This document shows, piece after piece, positions 50,659 through 64,000 of a DNA stretch of 64,000 nt; positions within the stretch are counted from its first letter, which is position 1; each line of letters begins with the position of its first letter. Under the pieces are notes generated by a model, which saw nothing but the letters and a program-made list of their open reading frames with translations, ran no database searches and was not told the DNA's origin. The DNA is from Eledone cirrhosa (Eukaryota): NCBI GenBank assembly GCA_964016885.1, contig OZ024742.1, forward strand, positions 361,708,001 to 361,772,000, written 5' to 3'. Position numbers and translations under genes: made by a program.

Positions 50659-52238
50659 GATGTCCTGGGTATGACATTAAACTGCCTCCAGTGGCAAGGC
50701 TCTAGTTCGGGAGTGCAGGAGCTGTGAGGAATGTGGAATTACCCCTTAATTGTTATCACTCCCAGATCTGCTGGCGTCGATAGGGTATTATCAGCCATTG
50801 AAAAGAACCAGAGAGAGTGTATTTAACAACACAAGGATTAGAGCCCCTAATTACACTGCCAATGAACTGTCTGGTCGTTATGACTGATGGTTTAGAGCAA
50901 CAGGAAGGGCCAGTGGATGGTGGATCAGCAGTCTCTCAGACAAATATAAAGAATACAGTTCTGTCCTGCAGAAGAGCCATTTAAACCGGCATTCTGATTG
51001 TGAGGACTGTTCGGACGCTGGAGAAGAGAGAGGAGTTGGGTCATCTGTTCGAGGAGAGTGGTATACACATACTTGTGATCCAAGAACATTGGATCCTACA
51101 TGATGAGCCCGTGAAGAGAGTACTGATTGGAAAGAGGAACCAGCTCATCACCACATCAGCAGTAAGGAACACAACTAATGCTGCAGTAGGGGGAGTGGGT
51201 TTTGTGTTGAGTGCAGGAGCCAATCTATTAGTGAAGGAAATCATACCTGTCTGCCCGCGAGTGTTGAGGGTGAACTTCAATGGAAACCTAAGGCTGACAG
51301 TCATCTCAGCCTATGGTCCAATCAAAGGGGACAGTGATGTAAGTGCAGAGGAGTTCCATGAGGAAGAGTGTAGAGCTGTCAACACCACATCAGCTCATAA
51401 CATCCTGTTTGTTCTGGGGGACTTCATTGCTCACGTGAGTAAGGAGAGCAGTGAAGATCCTTGCTGGTACTTCCATAAAAACACCAACCGAAATGGGAGA
51501 CAACTGGAGGCGAACTTAATGGAAACCAACCTAAGGTTTAGGAAGAACCCGGGGAAGATGTGGACCTATATCTCTGATACGCACCTGTCCAAGTCTCAGA
51601 TTGATTTCATTCTGGTGAGGAACAAGTGGCGGAATAGTGTTCTGAACACAAAACTATACAGTGTGTGGAGAGGCAGAGGAGAGTGAGATTGGATGGACTG
51701 AGGAGAGTGTGACGAGGAGGTACGGGTACTTCACCAATACAAGAGACAGAAGCAAGTGAGGCTCTGGTGCAGAGGAGAGAGAAGAGGAAGAACGCCAGCT
51801 CTGCAGACCCAAAAGTGTGTGCAGCCAGAGAACACATGAAAGCTGCCAAGGATCAATTCCATGCTGATCCTATGGAGGAGTGGAAGGAGAATTTGGAGGT
51901 GATGAAGGAAGAACTCTGTAGCACTTACACTGAGGCCAGAGGGGAGGCGCTGTAGAGAAGATCAGAAGTGTGGAGAGAGCGTTGACAGGTCTGGATGTAA
52001 AGAGAGCTGGACGATCATCAACGAGACCACAGGGTGGAAGAGAGAGAGTTCGAGTCAGATCAAGGGAACAGAGCCCGAGGATAGGATGAGGAAATTGCTG
52101 GACCATTTTAAGATCCTACTAGGAGAGCCGCCTTCCACAGACCAGAACACTGGGGAGATCAGGCAGTTGTTTGAGTAACTGGGTATTGAGACAGGATCCT
52201 TCGCCAGAAAGGAGCTTCAGAGAGCCAAGAAGAAGATA
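50659..52238 (+). mobile_element. RTE LINE 5' half, inverted (5' UTR, AP endonuclease, linker)
   Basis: APE motifs VRTL, ILVIQEH, GGVGF, LTVISAYGP, VLGDF.AHV, NRNG..L, WTY and SQIDFILV. Ends ...LDHFK.LLG...F...ELQRAKKK. Confidence 0.88.
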
Positions 52239-52909
52239 TATATATGTATATACATATATATATACACATATATATGTATATGTGTATCTATATATGTGTG
52301 TATATATGTATATATGTGTATATATGTATATATGTATATATGTATATGTGTATATATATTTGTTCTTCGGCCCTTTGTCAGGTTTTGTTTTTTGGGTGGG
52401 AGGGCGGAAGAACTCATAAGAGCCAACGGCCATAAAAAAAAAGAGTGTAAATATGTATATACTGTATGGGTGTGTCTGGCCGCATGTCTGGTTGTTTGTG
52501 CGTCTGTGTGTGTATATTATGCGTATATTTTTATATTTTTATATATTTATAATTTACTTTTCATATTTTAATTTTTAACTCTTTCCTGTCTGGTGGTATG
52601 TATACATGTAGTCATTTCAACGTCCAGGTTTGAAATTTTTTTAATTTTTAATTTTTAGCTTTATTTATGTATATGAATGTCATATGTTTGTATGTGAGGA
52701 CTTACATACTTATGTAAGTTGCCTATGTGTGTATGTATGTATGTTTCCTTACGCATATATATATATATATACATATCTTTACCCCTAACCTTACGTTCTG
52801 CATTTGTGTATATATATATTTTCCCCCCGTTATTTTATTTTATTTCAGCCTCGCTTTCATTTATAATACATTTTGATTTTAATTTCATATCTTACAACCA
52901 TATAAAATT

Positions 52910-52980
52910 TTCCTTCTGATGAACGACATCGGGCGCCTCTGTTGAGGTCGCCTGCGTTCGTGAAACCTTAAGTAATGGAA
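52910..52980 (+). ncRNA. Hammerhead ribozyme motif with extended GC-rich stem II
   Basis: ttcctt-CTGATGA-ACGA..GGGCG-CCTC(tgtt)GAGG-t-CGCCT..TCGT-GAAAC-CTTAA-GTA-atggaa. Confidence 0.8.
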
Positions 52981-53069
52981 TAATTGTATCGTGTTGTTTA
53001 TTAAATAATCAAATAGCTATGTACTATACATAGAGCACTCTTCATTCCTTTACATTTTCTACAGAAATA

Positions 53070-53160
<91 letters not shown>

Positions 53161-53168
<8 letters not shown>

Positions 53169-53895
53169 GAATAATCGAGAATCTGAAAAACAGCTTACGA
53201 ATTAACGATAAACAATATCCGATATGTGTGGCAGAGGGCTCAATAATTTGGATAAATCAGAGCTATAACTATCGTTAAAATACCAACACATAGAGATCAT
53301 GTCTAAAATCACCCGTACAGCCGAAAAAGAACGACCAGGAAGATTCGGGTCACTCAAATAAAATATCAATAAATCAATAAGTTAAATGAATGTAAAAAAC
53401 TCACCCGGACCCGCTAGAAGGATGTTAAATATAGCTTCTTGGGTTTCTGCAATTCCTTATTCCAATCGCTATCAGCCCACATAAAAAATATATGAGACTT
53501 CTAGAGAAGTGGGGACGAGGAAGAGCTTTCTCAACGGGAATTCCGTCCGACAATGAAGAGAAGACCCTTAGCCAGAAACGCACATGGAACCCAGCAAGGG
53601 AGATAACCTCTACATTAGCGAAAAATTTCGGTGATGTGCAAATCATGTAAGGATACAAAATATCACATATCGAATCAGAGTGCTCAACAGACGTGTTAAA
53701 ATAAACAGGAGCTATTCATCAGTCAATAAGAATGACAAAAAATAATCAATAAAATTAACTGGTCAATAGCTAAGGTCTAGAGCTAAATATAGTAGAATAA
53801 TCGAGAATCGGAAAAACAGCTTACGAATTAACGATAAACAATATCCGATATGTGTGGCAGAGGGCTCAATAATTTGGATAAATCAGAGCTATAAT
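53161..53895. repeat. Unit of about 735 bp bounded by direct repeats of about 105 bp (53161-53268 and 53788-53895)
   Basis: atagtagaataatcgagaatc...aatcagagctataa occurs twice with a single visible mismatch. Flanked by (TA)n. Confidence 0.9.
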
Positions 53896-53998
53896 TGCAT
53901 AATTAGCATAATTATGCTATATATATATATATATTATGGTTAATTAATATATATAATTGTGGTTAATTATGTTAATTATGCTAATTATGTTAATTATG

Positions 53999-54038
<40 letters not shown>

Positions 54039-54504
54039 TGATTGCTTCATCTTTGCAGATGATATATATATATATAATTGTAATATTGATGAGAGTAAAT
54101 TTTGTTTATTTACTAGGTGTATTTTAGTTCAATGCAATGATAGGATCATGCAGAACCGTTATATAGTTATAATCTGCATACGAACCCACAATTAAAAGCA
54201 AATTACTTTATTTAACAATTTGCCATCAGTGAATATAGACTGTGGGCGTTATCAGAGTTTAATTAAAATATTAATACAAATCAATGAAGAAAAAAAAGAA
54301 CAAATATTATATACCACTTATAAAAATATCGAAATAAAAATAAATCACAGTTACAAATATAGTCCAAAGAATATGGTGGTCCAAAAATATGGCATCAGTT
54401 GAGTTAAAAGTTATTTGGAATTTATAGTTTAAAAAATGGTGTCTTTTGTATTAAAGTTTTTCCTGAAATTTATAAGTTTAAGCAAGCAAGCAATCACAGA
54501 GTTT

Positions 54505-54554
<50 letters not shown>

Positions 54555-54626
54555 TATATATATATATTTTTTATTTTTTCGATTCCGCCCTGCCCGTCAC
54601 TTCAATCTTTCTAATTTCTGATTCTT

Positions 54627-54662
54627 TCTTCTGACGAAGGACTAGCGTCCGAAGTGTTAAGA
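54627..54662 (+). ncRNA. Degenerate minimal hammerhead motif
   Basis: tctt-CTGACGA-a-GGAC(tagc)GTCC-GAAG-TG-TT-aaga. The GAAA box and stem III are altered. Confidence 0.55.
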
Positions 54663-54740
54663 CTCTCTTCCTCTTCCTGCTATTTCAAACGTCAAACTAA
54701 TATATTCCTTCCATATAAGGTAATGATTGTGTAGTTATAA

Positions 54741-54885
<145 letters not shown>

Positions 54886-55024
54886 TTAGGTTAATAGGAG
54901 TTAGGTATTGTATACCCGTGTCCCATTAAGGCATTGGCAGCATAATAATTAGCTCTATGCTTTGGAGCAGAGCCGTATATGTTTGGTTGGTAGAGTCCAT
55001 AACACCAATGAAACCCCTTTTATA

Positions 55025-55069
55025 GCTCTGACGAATCCTACGGTTACGTAAGGAAGAAACATTGTAAGC
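55025..55069 (+). ncRNA. Minimal hammerhead ribozyme motif
   Basis: gct-CTGACGA-a-TCCT-ACG(gtta)CGT-a-AGGA-a-GAAAC-ATT-GTA-agc, inside a TA-flanked unit of about 230 bp. Confidence 0.75.
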
Positions 55070-55111
55070 CAATAAAAATCTTTTGATGTTGTAGACGCTC
55101 TTGTGTTCTTT

Positions 55112-55186
<75 letters not shown>

Positions 55187-55330
55187 GTTAAAATACTGGA
55201 GCGTGTTGGAGTTAAACACCCTCTTCGTATTATAGAAATGGTAGTAAAAGGTATAGCTCAATGTAGTTAAACAGAGCCGACAAATTAAGAGAGTAAACAA
55301 AGAAGCCTTCAATACATCAAAAGTCTTTAT

Positions 55331-55372
55331 TACCCGACAATGTTTCGTCCTATTAAGGACTCATCAGGGCAA
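55331..55372 (-). ncRNA. Minimal hammerhead ribozyme in the Penelope pseudo-LTR
   Basis: gcc-CTGATGA-GTCC(ttaata)GGAC-GAAAC-ATT-GTC-ggg, a consensus core. Confidence 0.85.
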
Positions 55373-58076
55373 TTAAAACAACAAGAAGTAATATCGGCAG
55401 ATACAAGCCGGAAGCTCCGAAGAATATGGAGTGTACATACACTAAAGTATTGCAAAAATATATAATAAAAATAATAAAAATATATAATAAAAATTACTAA
55501 GGATGTATATAACATTAAGAACCATATTACAAATATAGTCCAAAGCAAAAAAACCTAGAGCTAAACAAAGGTGGTTATATAGAGCAGGAATTATATATAA
55601 TACAATGTAATATAATATAATATAATATACCTTTACCAACATTAAAATTACAATAAAAATCAAAAGGTACAATATGCATATGTGTATATGTGCGCACACG
55701 TACACACACATACACATACAACAATACACACATCCCTCTTCAACTGCACAAATTAAACCTTATTAAGAGTTTGAATATAAAAATAAGCATGATAGGAATG
55801 AAAATAATAATAATAATCATACTAATACATCTACCCAATATACATGAGGTAATAATATGATATAATTATAAGTAGCACATATAATAAATAATAAACAATA
55901 CAATTATATACTATATAATACAATATAATAGAATAGATAATCTCCGGTTAATTTACACAAACAATATAGATGTCACAATAATAATATAATAATAATATAC
56001 TAACATTTATAATATACAATATACTAACATTTATAATAAACAATATATAATGGTACTCAAGTTAACAAATCAATTCATACTGGGTTACAGAGTAGGTGAG
56101 GAAATATAAATTGTACAATACCCCCCCCCCCCCAAAAAAAAAAAAAATGTTGATGGCACAAAAAATACAAACATCTTACATGATATATAAAGTTTAACAT
56201 CATAATGTTACATATAATTAACGGTAAGTAATAAGGATCAATATTACAATAAAAAATACAATATAATATAATATATTATATAAAATAAATTAACATAATA
56301 TAATATATAATTACTTATAATTACAAGGTTGGTAGACAGACATGTATATGGATGAGTGAGTAAGTGCCAGACAGTAAATATAATGCACAGTAGTATTACA
56401 AATAAAATATAAAATATAAAATATAGAATAAAATAAATAAATAGAATCAACCGGAAATAAAAAAACAAAAACAAACGTATACAAAGAAGAATCCGAATAA
56501 AAATAAAAATAAAAATAAGAATAAAATAAAATAAATAGCGTAAAATATATAATCTTATATACATTCATAAGGTGTAATAGTGAAAATTTAATGCGTAAGA
56601 AGATAGATATGGTACAGTAGCCAAAAGATTATGAGAGCTAGAATAAAGAGTCATCAAAAACCAATGATAATAATGATGATAATAATAATGTTGGCAAACA
56701 AAAGAACCTAAACTAAAAAATAAATAATGGAATATATCAGCTAATGGGTACAATTTGTACTACTAGAACGTTTAGGTTTATAATAAAAGTATGAATTAAA
56801 AATAGCGTGGGGGCAAGAAGAGAATATCTCAGACTGTCTATTAAGTAAGGATGCGCTAGAGAAAATTATAGAGTGTGTCTCGAGGATACAGAGATTACAA
56901 AACTTAGTATGTGTAGAAAGGTGGTTAGAGTGTGCTACTAAACGCCAGTTAAGGCTATATGGTATATTAGCTCCCTTAAGATCCCAGATATAATGTGCTA
57001 AAGAAGTAGAATTCTTAAACTTAACATGTTTGAAATTAGAGATATGAGAGTTAAACCTAGTCTTAAAAGTGTTAGATGTAGAGCCTATATAAGTTCTATT
57101 AGAGGAATTAGTTATAACTTCGCAAGCACAGACAATGTTCTTAGAAAGGCAGTTACCGTTTAAAGGGCAGTTAGCACTCACTCTACAATTGCACTTCCGG
57201 GTGTTATTGGTTGGCTCAAGTGGTGATGCATTACACGTAGGATTGCTATTAGATAAGGACTGTTCTGGTGGTAATGCATTGCCAGATCTGTTCAGACTAG
57301 TAGTATGTAGAGAGGAGAATCCATCCCTAATTTTCCTATTGTTAGTGCTAGCTAAATGAGAACTAATATTAGGGGTGGTAGAGAATGAAAGTTTAATAAC
57401 ATTTTTATTAAAAATACTATGGTATTTACGAGAAGGGGGGAAATTTTTCTCTAAGATAGAGAAGAAAGACCTAGGGATATTAGTTGATACTTCCTGATTA
57501 TATGGCGGGTTAAAATAAGTATTTAATCGCCTTCTATTTTTATTCTTACCGACTCTACCATTATCAAATATCCCACCATCGAGACTAGGGTTACTACAAG
57601 GATTAGTTAAAGCCGCATTCATAGAATCAGCCAAAATTTCATTAGGTCTATTACAGTTTCTACCTCCAGTAGATCTGCTGCTGTCCGGAATCCCATCATA
57701 AGGATTAGGGCCAATGATAGGATCAGTAGGAGCAACATTATTAGAATAAGATCCAGCAAAATTATCACCAATGTGTGAGCGCTCAGGGGGTTCAACTTGT
57801 TTCCTAGAGGTATTATATTCACTATTACGAGTCCGGTGGGTTAACTTATGGATGGGTTCAGATACACCTATATAATTTTTACGGTTACTATGTTTGCTAT
57901 CCCATTCATGGCCATGTTATGTGATATTATGTTATTATTATTAAAAGTAAACGGAGACTTTCTAAGGTTACTATTATTATAGTGTATTTTACAAGAGTAA
58001 CCTGAATTTTCTAGGGCATTATTATAGTACTCGGCATGTTCATTAAATGTTCCTATTACTTCTTGTTGTTTTAATT

Positions 58077-58114
58077 GCCCTGATGAGTCCTTAATAGGAC
58101 GAAACATTGTCGGC
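58077..58114 (+). ncRNA. Minimal hammerhead ribozyme in the inverted pseudo-LTR
   Basis: gcc-CTGATGA-GTCC(ttaata)GGAC-GAAAC-ATT-GTC-ggc. Confidence 0.88.
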
Positions 58115-58159
58115 TAATAAAGACTTTTGATGTATTGAAGGCTTCTTTGTTTTACTCTC

Positions 58160-58218
<59 letters not shown>

Positions 58219-58219
<1 letters not shown>

Positions 58220-58269
58220 TGAGATTCTACAGGACTAGAACTGTTTCATTCTTTAGAAATCATCAGGAA

Positions 58270-58275
<6 letters not shown>
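58219..58275 (-). ncRNA. Canonical type I hammerhead ribozyme isolated between two (TA)n tracts
   Basis: atgagattc-CTGATGA-tTTC(taaa)GAAt-GAAAC-AG(ttctagtc)CT-GTA-gaatctcat. 9-bp stem I, 4-bp stem III and a GUA site. Confidence 0.9.
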
Positions 58276-58325
<50 letters not shown>

Positions 58326-58548
58326 GGGTTAACAGATTATTGTTATAGGTAGTCCACTTGGGTGTAGTCCAGTTAGGGTACTCCGAGTAGTGGATGATAT
58401 CAACGCTTGGCTAAGTTTGACTCAACAAGGCGTTTCCATAGTGATGCTGCGAGTACGCGGTGATTTCTATGTTGTTAACACTTGGAGTAATGATAAATCA
58501 GGAAAGAGTGACACGGTTTGCTATACAAAAAAGGTTTTTAATCTCATT

Positions 58549-58654
58549 GCTGACAATTGTTTCTCTGAACTGGTAGGTCTAGAGATCGCTACCCGCTTGT
58601 TTTCACGTCATTCGATAACCAATACATAGTTGTAACCAGTCAATTCATCAGAGC
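58549..58654 (-). ncRNA. Hammerhead ribozyme motif with long stem II
   Basis: gct-CTGATGA-atTGACTGGT...ACCAGTtCAga-GAAAC-AATT-GTC-agc. The surrounding 58325-58660 is homologous to 45222-45555. Confidence 0.78.
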
Positions 58655-58926
58655 TAGCGAGAATGAAGGGAATACACAGGCATGGCTTCTATATATAGTA
58701 GTGGCATTCAATCAGAACAATAACAACAATACTAACAATGCTAGCAATAAATTATTTGAAATAATCACAACATCAATCTAAGTAAGAAACATGTTTTTTA
58801 CTTAGAATCATATGATTCCAGTTCCTCAATGAAACAGCAACCCAACCAGGAACTGGGCATATCAGAGTATTGACAAAGTTAAACACCTCAACAACATGTG
58901 TACTCGTCTCTACCACACTAATTCGG

Positions 58927-58981
58927 ACTGCCTGAAGAGGTCACAACCAAAGATGGCTGTCACCGAAATATATATAGCAGT
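58927..58981 (+). ncRNA. Hammerhead ribozyme motif (family of 35330-35384)
   Basis: actgc-CTGAAGA-GGTcacaaccaaagatggctgtcACC-GAAA-TATATA-TA-gcagt. Confidence 0.85.
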
Positions 58982-59049
58982 AATAAACGAAGCCAAATTT
59001 TAAACATTTGACTTATTTATTTTATTTTATTTTATATATATATATAGAT

Positions 59050-59102
59050 GAGATTCTACAAGGCTAGAACTGTTTCATTCTTTAGAAATCATCAGGAATC
59101 TC
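59050..59102 (-). ncRNA. Canonical type I hammerhead ribozyme (second copy of 58219-58275)
   Basis: gagattc-CTGATGA-tTTC(taaa)GAAt-GAAAC-AG(ttctagcc)TT-GTA-gaatctc. The two substitutions fall in loop 3 and a G-C to G-U pair. Confidence 0.88.
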
Positions 59103-59170
59103 TTTTATACTCTGCTATGTATTGAGTACCTTACTTACTGTGGTTACCTCCGATTCAACCCGGAATAACT

Positions 59171-59237
<67 letters not shown>

Positions 59238-59320
59238 ATAATAATAAAATTGAAGACTAAAATCCAAAGAGGGCTCGATAAGGAAAATATATATCAAATA
59301 TATAAGAACCGTAGAGCAAA

Positions 59321-60128
<808 letters not shown>

Positions 60129-60146
60129 TACATATATATATATATA

Positions 60147-60724
<578 letters not shown>

Positions 60725-61084
60725 ATACTCCTCCTGTTCGCTAGTAGTGGGGTTCCTTCTTTCTCACACCTCATTCACGGCGTACGGTCTGCTTTTCTGA
60801 TCGCTCATGAAATTCACCTAGCTTATGCTGACCGGATAACCATCATGTTGCTTGCTGTTTTTCCGACCTTCGGTTTGCTTTTCCTTCTTGTTGTTTACTT
60901 GTCTCACTCGCTTTACGCGATTCACTTGTCCCAATAGCTTATTTTAGTTATTGCTCGCACCAACCTGAGGTATCTGATTTTTAATGCGATGAAATACCAA
61001 TGATGGTTGGAAAATCACTGATGAGGGGCTAATTTTATAATATGTAATCCATGTGCAACCACGCAGTATTCCTCTCCCCTTGTT

Positions 61085-61375
<291 letters not shown>

Positions 61376-61782
61376 ACTTGTTTTGGTGGAAACAAGAAGC
61401 AGGGTGTGTGTGGGCGTGTGTGTGTATGTGCGCGTGCGGATGGGTACGTTTTGGAATGTGTATTGGTCAGTCAAAGACTACCACCGGGTGGTCCAAACGT
61501 GCCACACCCCGCACACTCCTGCTTCCTGTTTACACCAAAGCAAGTCTTTGACTGACCAATAAACATTCTAAACACACCCACGCGCTCACACACGAATCCT
61601 TAATTGTTCGCGCGCCCACGTAAATACGCACATAAATACCGGTGAATACACACCCGCATTTCCGCCCTCAAACTACACCAGGATATACACATACGCACAA
61701 AAAAAAAAATAGGGCCTATGCCTATATATATACATTCTCAGTCCACATACCACAACAAAAATATATCTTTTGTCGTATTACT

Positions 61783-61866
61783 AGTCTGAAGAGCAGATCG
61801 ATACTGGAGTCGGATCCATAACTTCTATGGCACCTTGAGCTAATCCTCTGCGAAATGTACGTAACA
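61783..61866 (+). ncRNA. Hammerhead ribozyme motif with stem II insertion
   Basis: gt-CTGAAGA-GCAGA...(about 50 nt)...TCTGC-GAAAT-GTAC-GTA-ac. Stem I is weak. Confidence 0.65.
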
Positions 61867-61920
61867 TGTGGATAGGAAATAAATAATTTTCATATCGAAA
61901 CGAAACTTCCTCGTTTTTTC

Positions 61921-62012
<92 letters not shown>

Positions 62013-62056
62013 CGATTCGACAGAGGTGACAGTAGAATATTTACAATTAGAAAAAA

Positions 62057-62102
62057 AATAAAACCACGGTTTCAGTTGTATGCTTTCAAATTCTCAGTTA
62101 CC
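62057..62102 (-). ncRNA. Degenerate hammerhead-like motif
   Basis: ggtaa-CTGAGAA-tTTG(aaagcata)CAAct-GAAAC-CGTG-GTT-ttatt, with a C3/A8 mismatch. Confidence 0.4.
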
Positions 62103-62689
62103 TGGAAATAACATCATTATAATACTGAGTTCAAATCCCGCCGAGGTTGACTTTGCCTTTCATCTTTACGGGATCGATAAAATAAAGTACCAGTAATGCA
62201 CTGGGTAATTACTGGCCTTGTGCCTAAAGTAGAAACAATTATAATAAGTAAAAAAAAATTAATTGCTGTCGAAAGGTTATCATCAATATCAATAGAGTCT
62301 ATATTACAAGGTATGAAGAAAACACATAGAACAATGAATAACTGTCTGTATGTAACTCTGTGATGGCGAGTGGCTTAGTGGTTAGAGCGTTTGAGGTGAT
62401 AACAGTGCTTGTGTCACAATTTCATGCAGGGCTTAAAATGTGAAAAAAAGCAAACATTTTTATGATTAAACATAAAAAACAATAACAACAACAAAGAATA
62501 CACCAAAAACAAAAGATTCGGCCTTTTGTTTATTTATTGAGAATAATTGCGGAAATAATTTTTGTCGAAAGGAAATTAATTAAAGAAATATCTTCCGACA
62601 ATTTGTCACGCAACAAATTATAAATATAAATGTAATTGGAGTTGTTTAGTTGAGAAAAGTCCACGAGCTAAAGTGATAATTATTATAAA

Positions 62690-62930
62690 AATAACAACAA
62701 TAATGTTAACATCAACAGAAACAATACCAGCAACAACAACAACAACATTAACAACAACAGCAACAACATCAACAACATCAACAACATCAACATCAACATC
62801 ATTAACAACAACAAAATCAACAACAACAACATTAACAACAAAAACAACATCAACAACAACATCAATAACAACAACAAAAATAGCAACATCAACATCAACA
62901 ACATCAACAACAACATCAACATCAACATCA
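62690..62930 (+). repeat. (AAC/ATC)n low-complexity trinucleotide repeat
   Basis: Mixed aacaacatc units. This repeat explains the poly-T, poly-V and poly-L ORFs here. Confidence 0.9.
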
Positions 62931-64000
62931 GCCATTTTACTTTCTGAGTTCAAATTTCACCGATGTTAGCTTTGCCTTTGATCCTTCTGGGGTCGTTAAA
63001 GTTAAATACCGCTTGTAATCGCGATCGTATTCTTTCGGTCATTACCACAGATTCATGACCATAGGCACGAAAACCGAATAATTTGTCTTTTGATAGAAAA
63101 AAAAAAATCTAAAAAATTACCCACTTCTAGCTTTTAAAAAGTGAACCAACCCAGATTCCTCGTATTGACAACAAAATGATTTTTGCTCTTCAGATTTTTA
63201 CAACTGAAATGCTTGCAACCATATCTTTCTACTAACATTTTGAAGTAATATTTTCTAGTTGAGACTTTCTCTGTCAGTTTCGACAATGGGTATTTACATA
63301 TTCGATCAACCAAATTCCTATTAAAGTGAAAGTGACTGAGTATTCCAGAGATCCGTGTAATATTACTATAGACAGCACCACTACCAACAAGAAAAAACGA
63401 TTATCGTAACTGCCTTTTTTACCTCTATCAAAATGTCCTCTGCTCCTCGGAGCTGGCTAATCTCGTATGATCACCATTCATCCCTTTCGCCTCTCCGCTT
63501 CTCTCCAGCCATTGTTGCTTTCAACACCCGCCATCCCTGTACTAACCACTACGCCCAGAATATCGGTCCTCTGGAATTCTGATTCTGCTAATATCTTTAC
63601 TTGGAAAGTTGACTTGCTACAATTTAAACAAAACATCAACGGCATCAAACTCTCAGATTTCGGAAAGGCTGTGAAAGCCATGGGAACTGCCCCTTATCTA
63701 TAAAATTATAAGCAAACAAAAGACAATGACAAAAAAAAAAAAACCCCTCATCATTTACGGTAGTTACCTACATTCAACATTTACTCCCCGATCCCAGATT
63801 TCGGACAGCCTGTGAAGGCTATGGGTATTTCCCTTCCACCAGACCTATTAAAAACAAACAAAGAAAAAATAAACAAACAAACTTTTACGGCATTTACCTA
63901 TTTAGGACATTTGCTCATTTACGTTGCATTATCTGATTGGAAGCATAGAACTGTGGAATGGAACTTTGAGATTAGATTGTGTTTTAGCAGTTTTGTCGAA

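Larger units (their letters stand above)
55183..58164 (-). mobile_element. 5'-truncated Penelope-like element (RT end, GIY-YIG 57634-56741, long 3' UTR) capped by an inverted copy of its pseudo-LTR
   Basis: FNEHAEYYN.AL..SGY, YFNPPY...V.TNI...FF, CNCR....CPLNGNCL..NIV, YIGST.NTFKTRFN.H, STSLA.YIW and CNLC.LE. The segment 58055-58164 is the reverse complement of 55284-55392. Confidence 0.92.

Noticed and set aside
60985-61080. CTGATGA-GGGG...CCCC hammerhead-like start at about 61018
   Set aside because: No GAAA follows the putative stem II, and a permuted topology using the upstream GAAA does not pair.
62618-62969. Thr-rich mucin-like or poly-Val/Leu membrane protein ORFs
   Set aside because: Products of an (AAC/ATC)n repeat adjoining a SINE fragment.

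Overview
A very AT-rich, repeat-dense intergenic or intronic window from an animal genome. The SINE families and (TA)n load suggest a cephalopod such as Octopus, which is inference from remembered repeat motifs and not a database result. I find no intact host protein-coding gene. The window is a nest of mostly decayed mobile elements, nearly all sitting in (TA)n, (TATG)n or TA-rich minisatellite tracts: RTE, CR1, R4/Dong and CRE-like non-LTR retrotransposons, at least four Penelope-like elements (RT plus GIY-YIG), a deleted Gypsy LTR element, a Helitron, Merlin and Tc1/mariner remnants, and tRNA-derived SINEs. The most striking signal, invisible in the ORF track, is a dense set of type I hammerhead ribozyme (HHR) motifs: about 25 complete or slightly degenerate copies from more than a dozen unrelated sequence families. 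They lie in Penelope 3' ends/pseudo-LTRs, in large fold-back palindromes embedded in (TA)n, and as a nearly bare 57-nt ribozyme unit between TA tracts. Several carry unusual cores (compensatory U3-A8, U4C) or long stem II insertions. All structures were read by eye and none were folded computationally.
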